Positions 1 through 9,571 of a DNA stretch of 44,207 nt are shown here, in pieces (the stretch's first letter is position 1; each line of letters begins with the position of its first letter). Below the pieces are notes generated by a model, which searched no databases, had not been told where the DNA came from, and saw only the letters and a list, made by a program, of their open reading frames with translations. Location: positions 1-44,207 of the forward strand of contig CAVPCQ010000042.1 of the NCBI GenBank assembly GCA_963702425.1, read 5' to 3'. A program made the position numbers and the translations under genes. The DNA is from an uncultured Acidobacteriota bacterium. GTDB taxonomy: Bacteria; Acidobacteriota; Polarisedimenticolia; J045.

Positions 1-221
1 GGCGCTTGATCGTATAGAAGGTTTCCTCGGGACTCGTTGTTGCTTGTCGTCTGGGCGAGCGAGCCGACCAGCTCGCTGGCCGCGCCGCGAGTAGGCGATG
101 ATTGATTCGGCACGGCGTGGCTTTCTTCGTGGTGCTCGGGACGACGACAGGTCTGCTTTGCTTCATTACTGTGATTGAGCGAGTTCGTCGTGCCGAGATC
201 GATGTCGACCATCCGGCTCGT
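1..221 (-). CDS. dnaK: Hsp70/DnaK, N-terminal part only (runs off the window; several frameshifts)
   Basis: Manual minus-strand reading gives MVDIDLGTTNSL (Hsp70 GIDLGTTNS motif), then in shifting frames SIIAYSRRGQR, LVGSLA and RRQATTSPEETFYTIKR. AGGAGG at 230-235; follows hrcA-grpE. Start is approximate. Confidence 0.75.
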
Positions 222-269
222 CTGTCCTTCCTCCTGGAACGGGTCGTTGCCATCGACCGTCTAAGGCGA

Positions 270-751
270 TCGAGTACCCTCACCATGGCCGGACGGAGGG
301 TCGCCCCCCAGCGTGTATCCGAGGCGACATCACTTCGAGCACCGTGCCGGGCGGCACGCGGTCGCTCGCGGTGACCTGGACCGCCTCGTGCAGGCCGGGA
401 TCGAACGCGATGCCATCGCCCTCGATCCGCTCGAGTTCGTGGCGCGGAAGACGTCCCACAGTTCCCGCAGCGCCATCCGCACGCCCTGCTGCCACGATTC
501 CTGGTCCGCCGCCTCGCGGTAGCACGACTCGAGCGAGTCGAGCGCCGCAGGATCGGCGCAGCGTTGCGCGATCCCGTCGCGGAGGACTCTTCACGCGCGC
601 GGACCAGGCTCGGCCCGGCGGCCGCGCCGGGCGGACCGTGGGACCGTCCGCGGCGTGCCGGCGGCGTCCGCGGCGCGGCGTTTACCGGCTCGTCGTCGAT
701 CAACTCGATGATGACGCCGGAGCTCGCATCGTCTTCGCCGCGATTCATCAT
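270..751 (-). CDS. grpE: Nucleotide exchange factor GrpE, broken by several frameshifts (probably assembly errors)
   Basis: ATG overlaps the hrcA stop. Fragments ALDSLE..QQGVRMALRELWDVF, FDPGLHEAV, GTVLEV, GYTLGG and LRPAMVRV match GrpE motifs but lie in different frames. End is approximate. Confidence 0.75.
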
Positions 752-1830
752 TCCTCCGCTCCGGGCTGGCGCTGTTCCGGTCCCCGCTCGCGCTCCTCCG
801 CGTTGAGGATCTCGGTGATCGTGCGCGCCAGCTCGTCGACGATCGCGACGGCGCGCGCGTATTCCATCCTGCGGGGCCCGACCACCCCGACGAGACCCCG
901 GGCCGTCCGTCCCGCGCGATAGGGGCTGGCTACGACCGCCATCAGCGCCAGCGACGGATCCTCCGTCTCGGCGCCGATGATCACCCGGACCCCCGGCGAC
1001 GCGAGGCAGCGGTCGAGCAGACGGACCAGCTGCGTCCGCTCCTCGAGCGTGCGCAGCGCATCGCGCAGGCGCTGGACGTCCCCGAATTCCGGCAGTTCGA
1101 GCAGGCTCGAGGTCCCTTCGAGGCGCAGCTCGCCGGCCTCCTCGGGAAACGGCTTCTCGAGGAACCCGATCACGCGGCCGACCGCCTCGCGGCCGATCCG
1201 CCGCGCCCACTCGTGGTCCTCGCGCAGCAGCTCGATCATCCGGCGCCGCACGTCGGGCAGCGTGTAGCCGACGAGGTGCTGGCGCAGCTTGGCACCCAGG
1301 CGATCGAGCCCGTCCTGGGGCAGGTCCTCGTCCAGCTCGAGCACGCGGTGCGTGACGATCCCGGTGCGGCTGACGAAGATGGCCACCAGGCGGTGCGGGC
1401 CGATCCGGACGAAGTCCACGTGCTCGAGCACCGCCTGCTCGAGGTCCGGCGCGAGCACGACGCCGACCTGGTGGGTCATGTCGGCCAGCAGGTGTGTCGC
1501 GCGGGAGAGCAGCTCGTCCAGCTCGCGGGTCGAGGCCAGCAGGTCCTTGATCTGCCGCACCTCGCGCGCCGGCAGGCGGATCTTGTTCCCGAGCGCGTCG
1601 TCGACGAAGAACCGGTAGCCGCGGTCGGTCGGGACGCGGCCCGCCGAGGTGTGCGGCTGCTCGAGGTAACCGTCATCGGTCAGGTCGGCCATGATGTTGC
1701 GGATCGTCGCCGGGGAGAGCTGTTCCGCGTGCAGCCGGGCCGTACGCCGCGAGCTGACGGGCTCGCCGCTCTTCACGTGCTCTTCGATGACGATGCGGAG
1801 GACCTCCACGGCCCTCTGGTCGAGCGTCAC
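748..1830 (-). CDS. hrcA: Heat-inducible transcriptional repressor HrcA
   Basis: EPVSS, LSPATIRNIMADL, LEQPHTSAGRVPTDRGYR and GVVGPRRMEY motifs; lies upstream of grpE-dnaK. Confidence 0.96.
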   Translation of the reverse strand: MTLDQRAVEVLRIVIEEHVKSGEPVSSRRTARLHAEQLSPATIRNIMADLTDDGYLEQPHTSAGRVPTDRGYRFFVDDALGNKIRLPAREVRQIKDLLASTRELDELLSRATHLLADMTHQVGVVLAPDLEQAVLEHVDFVRIGPHRLVAIFVSRTGIVTHRVLELDEDLPQDGLDRLGAKLRQHLVGYTLPDVRRRMIELLREDHEWARRIGREAVGRVIGFLEKPFPEEAGELRLEGTSSLLELPEFGDVQRLRDALRTLEERTQLVRLLDRCLASPGVRVIIGAETEDPSLALMAVVASPYRAGRTARGLVGVVGPRRMEYARAVAIVDELARTITEILNAEERERGPEQRQPGAEE

Positions 1831-1875
1831 ACGCCTCTCCCCCGGCTTCGGTCGGAAGATGAAGCTCCTGCTGGA

Positions 1876-1904
1876 TTTATAGGGACCGGCGTCCGGGGAT
1901 GCAA
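1876..1904 (-). promoter_or_regulatory. sigma70-type promoter for hrcA-grpE-dnaK
   Basis: TTGCAT-17 nt-TATAAA on the minus strand, about 45 nt upstream of the hrcA GTG. Confidence 0.6.
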
Positions 1905-1945
1905 GCTCGCGTTTGGATTCGTTCGCCGAGCGTCCCGCCGGCGGG

Positions 1946-3041
1946 TCAGGACTTGGCCTTTTCGAGCAGCCAGGCCTTCATGAACCCGGTCAGATCGCCG
2001 TTCAGGACGCGGTCGACATCCCCCATCTCGTAGTCCGTCCGGTGGTCCTTTACCATTCTGTAAGGGGCCAGGACGTAGGAGCGGATCTGGCTGCCGAAGC
2101 CGATGTCTTTCTTGTCCCCGGCCTTGGCCTGCCGCTCGGCCTCCTGCTTCTGCCGCTCCCGCTCGTGGAGCCGCGCCCGGAGGACACGCATCGCCTTTTC
2201 CCGGTTCCGGGGCTGAGAGCGCTCGTCCTGGCAGGTGACCACGATGCCGGTCGGGAGGTGGGTGATCCGGATGGCGCTGTCGGTGACGTTGACGTGCTGC
2301 CCCCCCGCGCCGGAGCTCCGGTAGGTGTCGACCTTCAGGTCCTTGTCCTGGATGTCGATCTTGATCGTGTCGTCGACCTCGGGGATGACGTCGACCGACG
2401 CGAACGCGGTGTGGCGCCGCGCCTGGGCGTCGAACGGACTGATCCGGACCAGCCGGTGGACGCCGCGCTCGGCCTTCAACCAGCCGTAGGCGTCGGGTCC
2501 GACGATCCGCAGCGTGGCGCTCTTGATCCCGGCCCCGTCGCCCTCGAGCCGGTCGAGCAGCTCCGCCTGGTAGCTTCCCTTCTCGGCCCAGTAGACGTAC
2601 ATCCGGAGCAGCATCTCGGCCCAGTCCTGGGCATCGACCCCGCCCGCACCGGGATGGATCTCGAGGAACGCGTTGTTGTGGTCCTCGGGGCCCGAGAGCA
2701 TCGTCCCGACCTCGACCTCCGTCAGCGCCGGCTCCAGTCGGGAGAGCGTCTCTTCGAACTCCGCGTCGACCCCTTCCCCTTCGCGATCCAGCTCGAGCAG
2801 CGTCTCGGCGTCGGCGACCAGCGTCTCGAGGCGCCGGTCGCGGTTGCGCTGCACGGCGACGACGGCGCGCTGGCGGTTCAGGTCGGCGGCCCGCTCGGGA
2901 TCGTTCCAGACCGCCCCGTCGGCGAGCTGGTCGTCGAGTTCGGCGACGCGGCGGTCGAGGGTCGGGACGTCAAAGGTACCCCCGCAGCGGCTCGACGCGG
3001 CGCTTCAGGATCTGCCACTGCTGGAGGAGGTCGTCACGCAT
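1946..3041 (-). CDS. prfB: Peptide chain release factor 2, with programmed +1 frameshift
   Basis: SPF and GGQ motifs (RISPFD, GAGGQHVN). True start ATG at 3041 gives MRDDLLQQWQILKRRVEPLRGYL, then CTT TGA C, and the +1 frame continues DVPTLDRR into ORF 1946..2854. Confidence 0.96.
2969..2984 (-). promoter_or_regulatory. prfB programmed ribosomal frameshift cassette
   Basis: CGGGGG-TAC-CTT-TGA-C: internal SD-like run plus the canonical CTTTGAC slippery/stop site. Confidence 0.93.
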
Positions 3042-4593
3042 CGGGAGGGCTCTCGCGGGGCGGCCGGGCTGCGGCGGGGGCCGCGCGGCGCCGGGGGACG
3101 ATGCCCGCCGCGAGCCCGGCTGTCAAGATCAGCGCGGTCCAGGCGACGGCGCGGCCCGTGGACGCGCCGGGCCTGGGCCGGTCGAAGAACGCGAGGTCGG
3201 CCACCAGGACGCCGCGCTGGCCGGTCTCGAGCCGGGCCGCAACATGGCCGCCGCCATGCACCAGGGCCGAGATCCCGCTGTTCGCGGCGCGGGCCATCGG
3301 CAGCCCGGTCTCGGCCGAACGCAGCAGCGCGTGGTCGAGGTGCTGCTCCGGCCCGCCTGTGATGCCGAACCAGCTGTCGTTGGTCTGGTTGACAAGGAGC
3401 TGGGCACCCCCGCGGGCCAAGTCGAGCCCCAGCCCCGGAAAGACCGCCTCGAAGCAGACCAGGGGGCCAATCCTGGCGCTTCGCCCCTCGAACACCACGG
3501 TGTTCGTTCCCGGCTCGAATTCGCCGACCTCGTTGGCCAGCGCGGGGATCCGGCCGAAGAGCCAGCGCAGCGGCATGTACTCGCCGAACGGCACCAGCTC
3601 GCGCTTGGGGGCCTTGGCGGTCATCCCGCGGTCGGCCCGCACCATCACCGCGCTGTTCTCGTACTTCCCGGAGGGGGAGCGGGTCAGCCCGCCCACGACG
3701 AGATCGATCCCGTGGCGCGCGGCCAGGTCCCCCAGCTGCCCGGCCCACGCGCCATCGTCCCGGAAAGTGTACGAGACCGCGGATTCGGGCCAGACGACGA
3801 TCTCCGCCCCGGCCTGCACGGCCTCCTCGGTCAGGCTGCGGTAGGCCTCCCACTCCTCCTGCGGCGACGCGTCGCGCGGCAGCGAGGCTTGGACGACCGC
3901 GACGCGGGCCATTCCGGCCCCGCTCGGTGCCTCCAGCACCGCCATGCCCAAGGCGGCGGCGAGCGCGCCCAACCAGAGCAGGCCGCGCCGTACCGTGATC
4001 CGGCGCGGTACGAGCGCCGCCCCGGCCAGAATCGCGGCCAGCGCGTAGAGCAGGAACGAAACGCCGGCGGCGCCGACCGCGCGGACCAGCGCCAAGACCC
4101 ACGGCCAGTCGACCAGTGCGGCGGCGGCCGATCCCCACGGAAACGGGAACGGGAACCACTCCCGGACCAGGTCGTAGGCGGTGATCAGGAGCGGCGCCCC
4201 CGCCAGCGCCGCGGCCGCGCCCCAGCGCCGGGACCAGGCGTCGATCAGCGCGGCCATCGCCGCCCAGAGCAGTCCCAGCGTCAGGGCCGAGAGGACCACG
4301 GCAGTCCAGGCGATCGAGGCCCCGAGCGACGAGAAGAGCAGGATCGGCGTGGCGAACCAGCGCAGCGTGAGCGCGGTCGAGACGAAACCGAAGACGCCCC
4401 CCTCCCAGGCCGCTCGGCGAGTCCCCCCGGCCCCCGCCGCGAGGAAGAAGACGAGCGCGAGGCCGGGGACGATCAGCGGTCCCCACCCGGGGCGCGGAAA
4501 CGCGAGGCCCGCCAGCAGGCCGGCGAGCGCGGCGAGCGCGAGGCGGCGCGGGTCGCGGACCGCACCGGCCCTCCCGGGCGGTGGAACGCTCAC
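3034..4593 (-). CDS. lnt: Apolipoprotein N-acyltransferase
   Basis: Multi-TM N-terminus; nitrilase-fold triad motifs VWPES, KRELVPFGEY and LVCFE; TNDSWF and RAANSGIS. Confidence 0.93.
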   Translation of the reverse strand: MSVPPPGRAGAVRDPRRLALAALAGLLAGLAFPRPGWGPLIVPGLALVFFLAAGAGGTRRAAWEGGVFGFVSTALTLRWFATPILLFSSLGASIAWTAVVLSALTLGLLWAAMAALIDAWSRRWGAAAALAGAPLLITAYDLVREWFPFPFPWGSAAAALVDWPWVLALVRAVGAAGVSFLLYALAAILAGAALVPRRITVRRGLLWLGALAAALGMAVLEAPSGAGMARVAVVQASLPRDASPQEEWEAYRSLTEEAVQAGAEIVVWPESAVSYTFRDDGAWAGQLGDLAARHGIDLVVGGLTRSPSGKYENSAVMVRADRGMTAKAPKRELVPFGEYMPLRWLFGRIPALANEVGEFEPGTNTVVFEGRSARIGPLVCFEAVFPGLGLDLARGGAQLLVNQTNDSWFGITGGPEQHLDHALLRSAETGLPMARAANSGISALVHGGGHVAARLETGQRGVLVADLAFFDRPRPGASTGRAVAWTALILTAGLAAGIVPRRRAAPAAARPPRESPPDA

Positions 4594-5117
4594 GGCCGCG
4601 TGCCGGTCTCGTGCACGGTCACCGCCCGGCCAAGGAGCTTCCCGAGCCGGGCTCCCGCGCGATCGGCTTCGACGCGCGTCGTGTAGGGCCCGCCGGTGAC
4701 GAGGTAACCTCCGCGGCCGTCAGCGACGACGGCCGCGGGGACGCCGGCGCTGCGCGCCGCCTCCTCGAGCTGGCCGGCGACGACCCGCGTCGAGGCGCGC
4801 CCGATCTCGAGCGCGAAGCGCCCCGAGCGCGACGCCTCGCGGGTCACCTGGAACTGCGGGGCGCGGTTCTTCTCGCCCTCGCCTGCGTCGTCGAACACGG
4901 TCGCCGCGCCCAGCTGCTCGACGCCGCCGCCCGCCGCGCCGCCGCCGTCGCGGGAGGTGGACCGGCCGGGGCCGGAGGGCCCCGCGGCCTGCGGCACCGA
5001 GCTGCGGCCCAGCAGGAACGCCCCGCCCAGCAGCGCCAGCAGGACGGCCGCACCCAGCGCCACGCGCGCCAGGTCGAGCTCGAACTCGATCACGCGGGGC
5101 CCCTCGCGCCGCGTCAT
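4590..5117 (-). CDS. Membrane-anchored SPOR-domain protein (FtsN/DedD-like)
   Basis: One N-terminal TM, low-complexity linker, C-terminal FALEIG...YLVTGGPYTTRVEA resembling a SPOR domain; overlaps both neighbours by 4 nt. Confidence 0.6.
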   Translation of the reverse strand: MTRREGPRVIEFELDLARVALGAAVLLALLGGAFLLGRSSVPQAAGPSGPGRSTSRDGGGAAGGGVEQLGAATVFDDAGEGEKNRAPQFQVTREASRSGRFALEIGRASTRVVAGQLEEAARSAGVPAAVVADGRGGYLVTGGPYTTRVEADRAGARLGKLLGRAVTVHETGTRP

Positions 5118-6145
5118 CCCCGGTTCTCCGAGGACCCGCCCCGCCGCGCCACGCCGACGCCGTCTTTCCCGGCATCCTTCACGAGCCGCATCGCACCGTC
5201 TGCGGCCTCGATCACGCTGCGGGCGCTCGGTCCGTGATCGGGCCAGGCCGCGACCCCGGCCGAGGCGCTGAGCCGCACCGACCCGCCCGTTGTCACCTCG
5301 TAGGGGGCGTGGGAGAGCTCACGCCGGATCCGGTCCGCCACCTCCCGGGCTCCCTCGAGGCTGGTCCCGGGGAGGATCATCACGAACTCGTCGCCGCCGT
5401 AGCGGTAGAGCCGGTCGATGCTCCGGATCGAGCGTGCCATCCGCACCGACGCTTCGTAGAGCACGCGCGAGCCGGCGGCGTGGCCGTGGGTCGTGTTCAC
5501 GTCCTTGAGGTTGTCCATGTCGAGGAAGATCAGCGCGAACCCGCCGCCGTAACGCCGGCATCGCTCCACCTCGTCGTCCAGCGACTGGTCGAGATGGCGG
5601 CGATTGAAGCAGTCGGCGGTATCGTCGCGGATCGCGAGATCGCGCAGCGCCTCCACGGTGCGCAGGTTCTCGAGAGCCGGGCCCAGCTCGCGCGCCAGCT
5701 CGGCTGCGACCCGGGGCGCTTCGGCGGCGAGCAGCTCTCCGCGCGCGGCGATCGTGACGAGCAGACCCGCCGCGCCCGTCGTCGAGGCCAGCGGTACGAC
5801 GAGCGCCGCGCCGAGGGGCGGCAGGCCTTCCTGCTCGCCGGTCGGCAGGAGGATCTCGGCGTCGTCGATCAGCGCCGGCCCGCCAACCGCGAGCCGGCGC
5901 ACCAGCCCCACGTCGAGGATCGCGAGCGCGCTGCGGATCCGCTCCGGCGGGACCAGCCCGGCGGTCGCGCAGCATTCGTAGTCGTCGCCCCCCGGACCGA
6001 GCACGAAGCCCAGCGCGAACAGCCCTCCGAACAGTCGGAGCGAGTGCTCGGCGACCGCGGAGAAGCAGCCCTCGCGGTCGAGTTTCCGCGTCGCCGCGAG
6101 CACGGCCTCGAGGATCGCGCCGCGGGGGTGCGGGGCCGTCGTCAT
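5114..6145 (-). CDS. Diguanylate cyclase with N-terminal GAF-like sensor
   Basis: Start MTTAPH at 6145 (ATGA overlap with the SPFH stop). [17 protein letters not shown], RxxD I-site (RSID) and RYGGDEF. Confidence 0.9.
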   Translation of the reverse strand: MTTAPHPRGAILEAVLAATRKLDREGCFSAVAEHSLRLFGGLFALGFVLGPGGDDYECCATAGLVPPERIRSALAILDVGLVRRLAVGGPALIDDAEILLPTGEQEGLPPLGAALVVPLASTTGAAGLLVTIAARGELLAAEAPRVAAELARELGPALENLRTVEALRDLAIRDDTADCFNRRHLDQSLDDEVERCRRYGGGFALIFLDMDNLKDVNTTHGHAAGSRVLYEASVRMARSIRSIDRLYRYGGDEFVMILPGTSLEGAREVADRIRRELSHAPYEVTTGGSVRLSASAGVAAWPDHGPSARSVIEAADGAMRLVKDAGKDGVGVARRGGSSENRG

Positions 6146-6918
6146 GGGGCCGCGGCGCGCCCCGAGCGGTTCAGGTAGAGCGAGAGCAGGTCGATCGGCA
6201 GCGGGAAGATGATCGTCGAGTTCTTCTCGGTCGCGATCTCGGTCAGCGTCTGCAGGTAGCGCAGCGTGAGCGCCATCGGGGCCTCCGCCAGCACGTCGGC
6301 CGCCTCGCGCAGCTCGCGCGCCGCCTGGAACTCGCCGGAGGCGTGGATGATCTTGGCCCGCTTCTCGCGCTCGGCCTCGGCCTGCTTGGCCATCGCCCGC
6401 CGCATCTCCTCGGGCAGGTCGACGTGCTTGACCTCGACCGCCGAGATCTTGATCCCCCAGGGGTCGGTGTGGGCATCGAGGATCGACTGGAGCTGGTGGT
6501 TGAGTTGCTCGCGCGACGCCAGCAGCCCGTCGAGCTCGACCTGGCCCAGCACGGAGCGCAACGTGGTCTGGGCCAGCTGGCTGGTCGCGTAGATGTAGTT
6601 CTCGACCTCGACGATCGCCTTGCGTGGCTCGAAGACGCGGAAGTAGATCACCGCGTTGACCTTGACCGAGACGTTGTCGCGCGTGATCACGTCCTGCGGC
6701 GGAACGTCGAGCACGACGGTCCGGAGCGAGACGCGGATCATCCGGTCGACGAAGGGGATGATCAGCACGAGTCCCGGGCCGTAGTCGTGCGGCTGCAGCT
6801 TGCCGAGCCGGAAGACGACGCCCCGCTCGTACTCCGGCAGGATCTTGACGGCCTGGGTGAACAGGAAGATGACGAAGACGACGACGACCAGGACGCCGGC
6901 GGAAATCCCTGGAATCAT
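6142..6918 (-). CDS. SPFH/stomatin-like (slipin) protein
   Basis: Start MIPGIS at 6918; [37 protein letters not shown] and LRYLQTL. Confidence 0.93.
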   Translation of the reverse strand: MIPGISAGVLVVVVFVIFLFTQAVKILPEYERGVVFRLGKLQPHDYGPGLVLIIPFVDRMIRVSLRTVVLDVPPQDVITRDNVSVKVNAVIYFRVFEPRKAIVEVENYIYATSQLAQTTLRSVLGQVELDGLLASREQLNHQLQSILDAHTDPWGIKISAVEVKHVDLPEEMRRAMAKQAEAEREKRAKIIHASGEFQAARELREAADVLAEAPMALTLRYLQTLTEIATEKNSTIIFPLPIDLLSLYLNRSGRAAAP

Positions 6919-8246
6919 GACAGTGCCTCCCTGTCGTCCTCGGGGGCCTTCGCGCCGTCCGGCGCCGGCTCCACGAGGAGAACCAACCCCTCCGAGCCCG
7001 TGACCCGGATCGCCTGGCCGGCCGCAATCGGCCGCGGGCTGCGGGCGCGCCAGCGCTCGCCCCAGACGAAGACCCAGCCCTCGGGAGCGACCGGCTCCGT
7101 CGCGCGGCCGATCGACCCGATGATCCCCTCGCGCCCGGTGGTCGGACGCCGGCGCATCGCCCGCGAGACGACGAGCGCCACACCGCCGAGCACCGCCGCC
7201 ATGAACAGCACGATCGGCACGAGCATCGACAGCGGCAACCTCAGCCCCGGGACCGTGCCGGGGAAGAGCAGCCACAGCCCGAGCGCGATCGTGGCCGTCC
7301 CGGCGACGCCGAGCATGCCGTAGGAGGTCACCTTGACCTCGAGGATGAAGAAGACGATTCCGGCCGCGACCAGCGCCGCGGCCAGGTAGTTGACCGGCAG
7401 CACCCGCGAGCCGTAGAGGAACACCAGCAGCGCGACCGCGCCCACCGCCCCGGGCAGGATCAGCCCCGGGTGCGTGAACTCGATGTAGATCCCCAGCGCC
7501 GCGATGGACAGCAGGAGTGCCATCACGACCGGGTGCAGCACGACGCTCTTCATCCGCTCGACCCAGTCCAGGTCATGATCCTGCAGCGTGGCGCCGGCCA
7601 GGTCGAGAGTGACGTGCGTGCCGTCGGGCCGCACGATCTCCCGCCCGTCGAGCTGCCGCACCAGCGCCTCCCGGTCGGCCACGACGAGGTCGATCAGCCG
7701 GGCTTCGAGCGCCTCTTCGGCCGACCAGGAGACCGCGTCCCTCACCGCCTTCTCCGCCAATTCCGGCGGGCGGCCGCGGGCCCGGGCCGTGGTCCGGATG
7801 AGCGCCGACAGGTCCTCGGCGGCCTTCTTCAGGGCGATATCGCCTTCCCGGTTCTCGCCGCCCGCGGTGATCGGGTGGGCGGCGCCCGTGCGGGTGAAGG
7901 GCGCCATCGCCGCGACATCCCCGGCGAGCAGGAGGAAGAACCCGGCCGACGCGGCGTGCGCCCCCTTCGGGGCGACGAAGACCACCACCGGGACCTTGCT
8001 GTTCAGGAGCTGCTGGACCATCCGTTCGGCGGCGTCGACCAGCCCGCCGGGGGTGTCCAGCTCGAAGAGCACGAGCGTGTCGCCGTCGCGCGCCGCGTCC
8101 GCCAGCACCCGCTCGAGGATGTCGGCCGAAACACCGTGGATCACACCGTCGTGACGGTGGACACGAACCACGGGGGCAGCGAGGGCGGTGGACACGGCAC
8201 CGGCCAGGGCCAGCGCGACGAGGAGCCGGAGGCAGGAGAATCTCAT
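6915..8246 (-). CDS. nfeD: NfeD (long form, membrane-bound ClpP-like serine protease)
   Basis: Signal peptide, LDTPGG, AASAG, GAAHP, multi-TM region and C-terminal OB-like GERWRA; canonical partner of the downstream SPFH gene. Confidence 0.9.
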   Translation of the reverse strand: MRFSCLRLLVALALAGAVSTALAAPVVRVHRHDGVIHGVSADILERVLADAARDGDTLVLFELDTPGGLVDAAERMVQQLLNSKVPVVVFVAPKGAHAASAGFFLLLAGDVAAMAPFTRTGAAHPITAGGENREGDIALKKAAEDLSALIRTTARARGRPPELAEKAVRDAVSWSAEEALEARLIDLVVADREALVRQLDGREIVRPDGTHVTLDLAGATLQDHDLDWVERMKSVVLHPVVMALLLSIAALGIYIEFTHPGLILPGAVGAVALLVFLYGSRVLPVNYLAAALVAAGIVFFILEVKVTSYGMLGVAGTATIALGLWLLFPGTVPGLRLPLSMLVPIVLFMAAVLGGVALVVSRAMRRRPTTGREGIIGSIGRATEPVAPEGWVFVWGERWRARSPRPIAAGQAIRVTGSEGLVLLVEPAPDGAKAPEDDREALS

Positions 8247-8282
8247 CGACTCATTGTATCCCCGTGCCGGTCGGGGTGCGGC

Positions 8283-9056
8283 TCAGCGGCCGGCCGCCTG
8301 CTCCAGCTTGGCTTTGAACTCCGGGTTCACGGCCGCGCCGAGCTCCTCCGCCTTGGCCAGCGCCGTCCGGGCCTCGTCGATCCGGCCGCGCTTCCAGTAG
8401 GCGAAGGCGAGGTTGTTGTATACGGCCGGGAAGTTCGGCAGCAGACTGCGGCAGGTCTCCCAGGCTTCCAGCGCCTCGTCCAGCCGATCCTCGCGGAGGT
8501 AGGCGTTACCAAGGTAGAAGTAGAGGTCTCCCGGCGCCTTCTGGAAGTCTCCCTCCGACGGCGAGGGGATCGCCTGCAGCTGCTTGATCCGGTCCTGGCG
8601 GCTGTTGATGTCGGTCGTGACCTGCGTCTCGTTCATCTTGTTGGTGATCGGACCGGGGTTCTGCAGCGCGCGGATCTGCTCCTGCTGCGCCACGATCTCG
8701 CGCTGCGCGTCCTGGTAGTTCTTCATGGCCGCCTTGTGCCGCTCGTCGGCCGTCTTCTTGAAGAGTTCCTCCGCCTGCTTGAGGGCCGCGACGGCCTCCG
8801 GGAACTTCTTCTCCGCCAGCAGCAGCTTTCCGATCTCGAGTTGGGCCAGCCCGTAGTTCGGGTAGGCCTCGAGCGCTCCCAGGAAATCGGCCTGCGCGCC
8901 CTGCACGTCCCCTTTCTTCTCCTTCTCGAGGCCAGCCTGGTAGAGCTTCTCCGCCTGGGTCAGCTCGCGCCGGCCCGGGACGGCCGCGCCAGCGACGCCG
9001 ATCGCCAGCGCCAGGCCGATCGCGGCCCACGCCCACGCCTTCGATCCGCCGCTCAT
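8283..9056 (-). CDS. Exported tetratricopeptide-repeat protein
   Basis: Start MSGGSK at 9056 overlaps the coaD stop; signal-like hydrophobic stretch; TPR patterns LYFYLGNAY and VYNNLAFAY around a coiled-coil insert. Confidence 0.8.
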   Translation of the reverse strand: MSGGSKAWAWAAIGLALAIGVAGAAVPGRRELTQAEKLYQAGLEKEKKGDVQGAQADFLGALEAYPNYGLAQLEIGKLLLAEKKFPEAVAALKQAEELFKKTADERHKAAMKNYQDAQREIVAQQEQIRALQNPGPITNKMNETQVTTDINSRQDRIKQLQAIPSPSEGDFQKAPGDLYFYLGNAYLREDRLDEALEAWETCRSLLPNFPAVYNNLAFAYWKRGRIDEARTALAKAEELGAAVNPEFKAKLEQAAGR

Positions 9057-9571
9057 CGCCGCCCTCCTCGCACCCCGGGCCCGAACAGGCGCTCGAGCCG
9101 GTCGAGCGCCGGGGCCGGCACCAGACGCGAGACGTCGCCTCCCAGCCGCGCGATCTCCCGCACGAGCCGCGACGAGATGAACGAGACATCCTCGCCCGGG
9201 GTCAGGAACACCGTCTCGAGGCCGGGGTCGAGACGGCGGTTCATCAGCGCCATCTGCAACTCGTACTCGAAGTCGGAGATCGCCCGCAGGCCGCGCACGA
9301 CGAACGTGGCGCGCTCGGCCCGCGCGTAGTCCGCCAGCAGACCCTCGAACGCCACGACCCGGATGCCGGGAGGCCCCGCGCTCGCCAGCGACTCCTCGAA
9401 CATCGTGCGGCGGTCGTCGGCGTCGAACAGCGGCGCCTTCTCCGTGTTGCGCAGCACCGCGACCACGAGCTCGCTGCACATCCCCGCGGCGCGGCGCACG
9501 AGGTCGAGGTGCCCGTGCGTCACCGGGTCGAACGTCCCGGGATAGATCGCCCGCACCTCGCGTGGGCTCAC
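9053..9571 (-). CDS. coaD: Phosphopantetheine adenylyltransferase
   Basis: YPGTFDPVTHGH, RGLRAISDFEYE and ISSRLVRE. Confidence 0.96.
   Translation of the reverse strand: MSPREVRAIYPGTFDPVTHGHLDLVRRAAGMCSELVVAVLRNTEKAPLFDADDRRTMFEESLASAGPPGIRVVAFEGLLADYARAERATFVVRGLRAISDFEYELQMALMNRRLDPGLETVFLTPGEDVSFISSRLVREIARLGGDVSRLVPAPALDRLERLFGPGVRGGRR

Noticed and set aside
5114-7183. Apparent 689-aa GGDEF protein and other long N-terminal extensions in the ORF track (archease, TPR, MltG, permease, CpoB)
   Set aside because: The extensions are Arg/Pro/Gly-rich off-frame readings of the upstream gene; real starts overlap the upstream stop codons.
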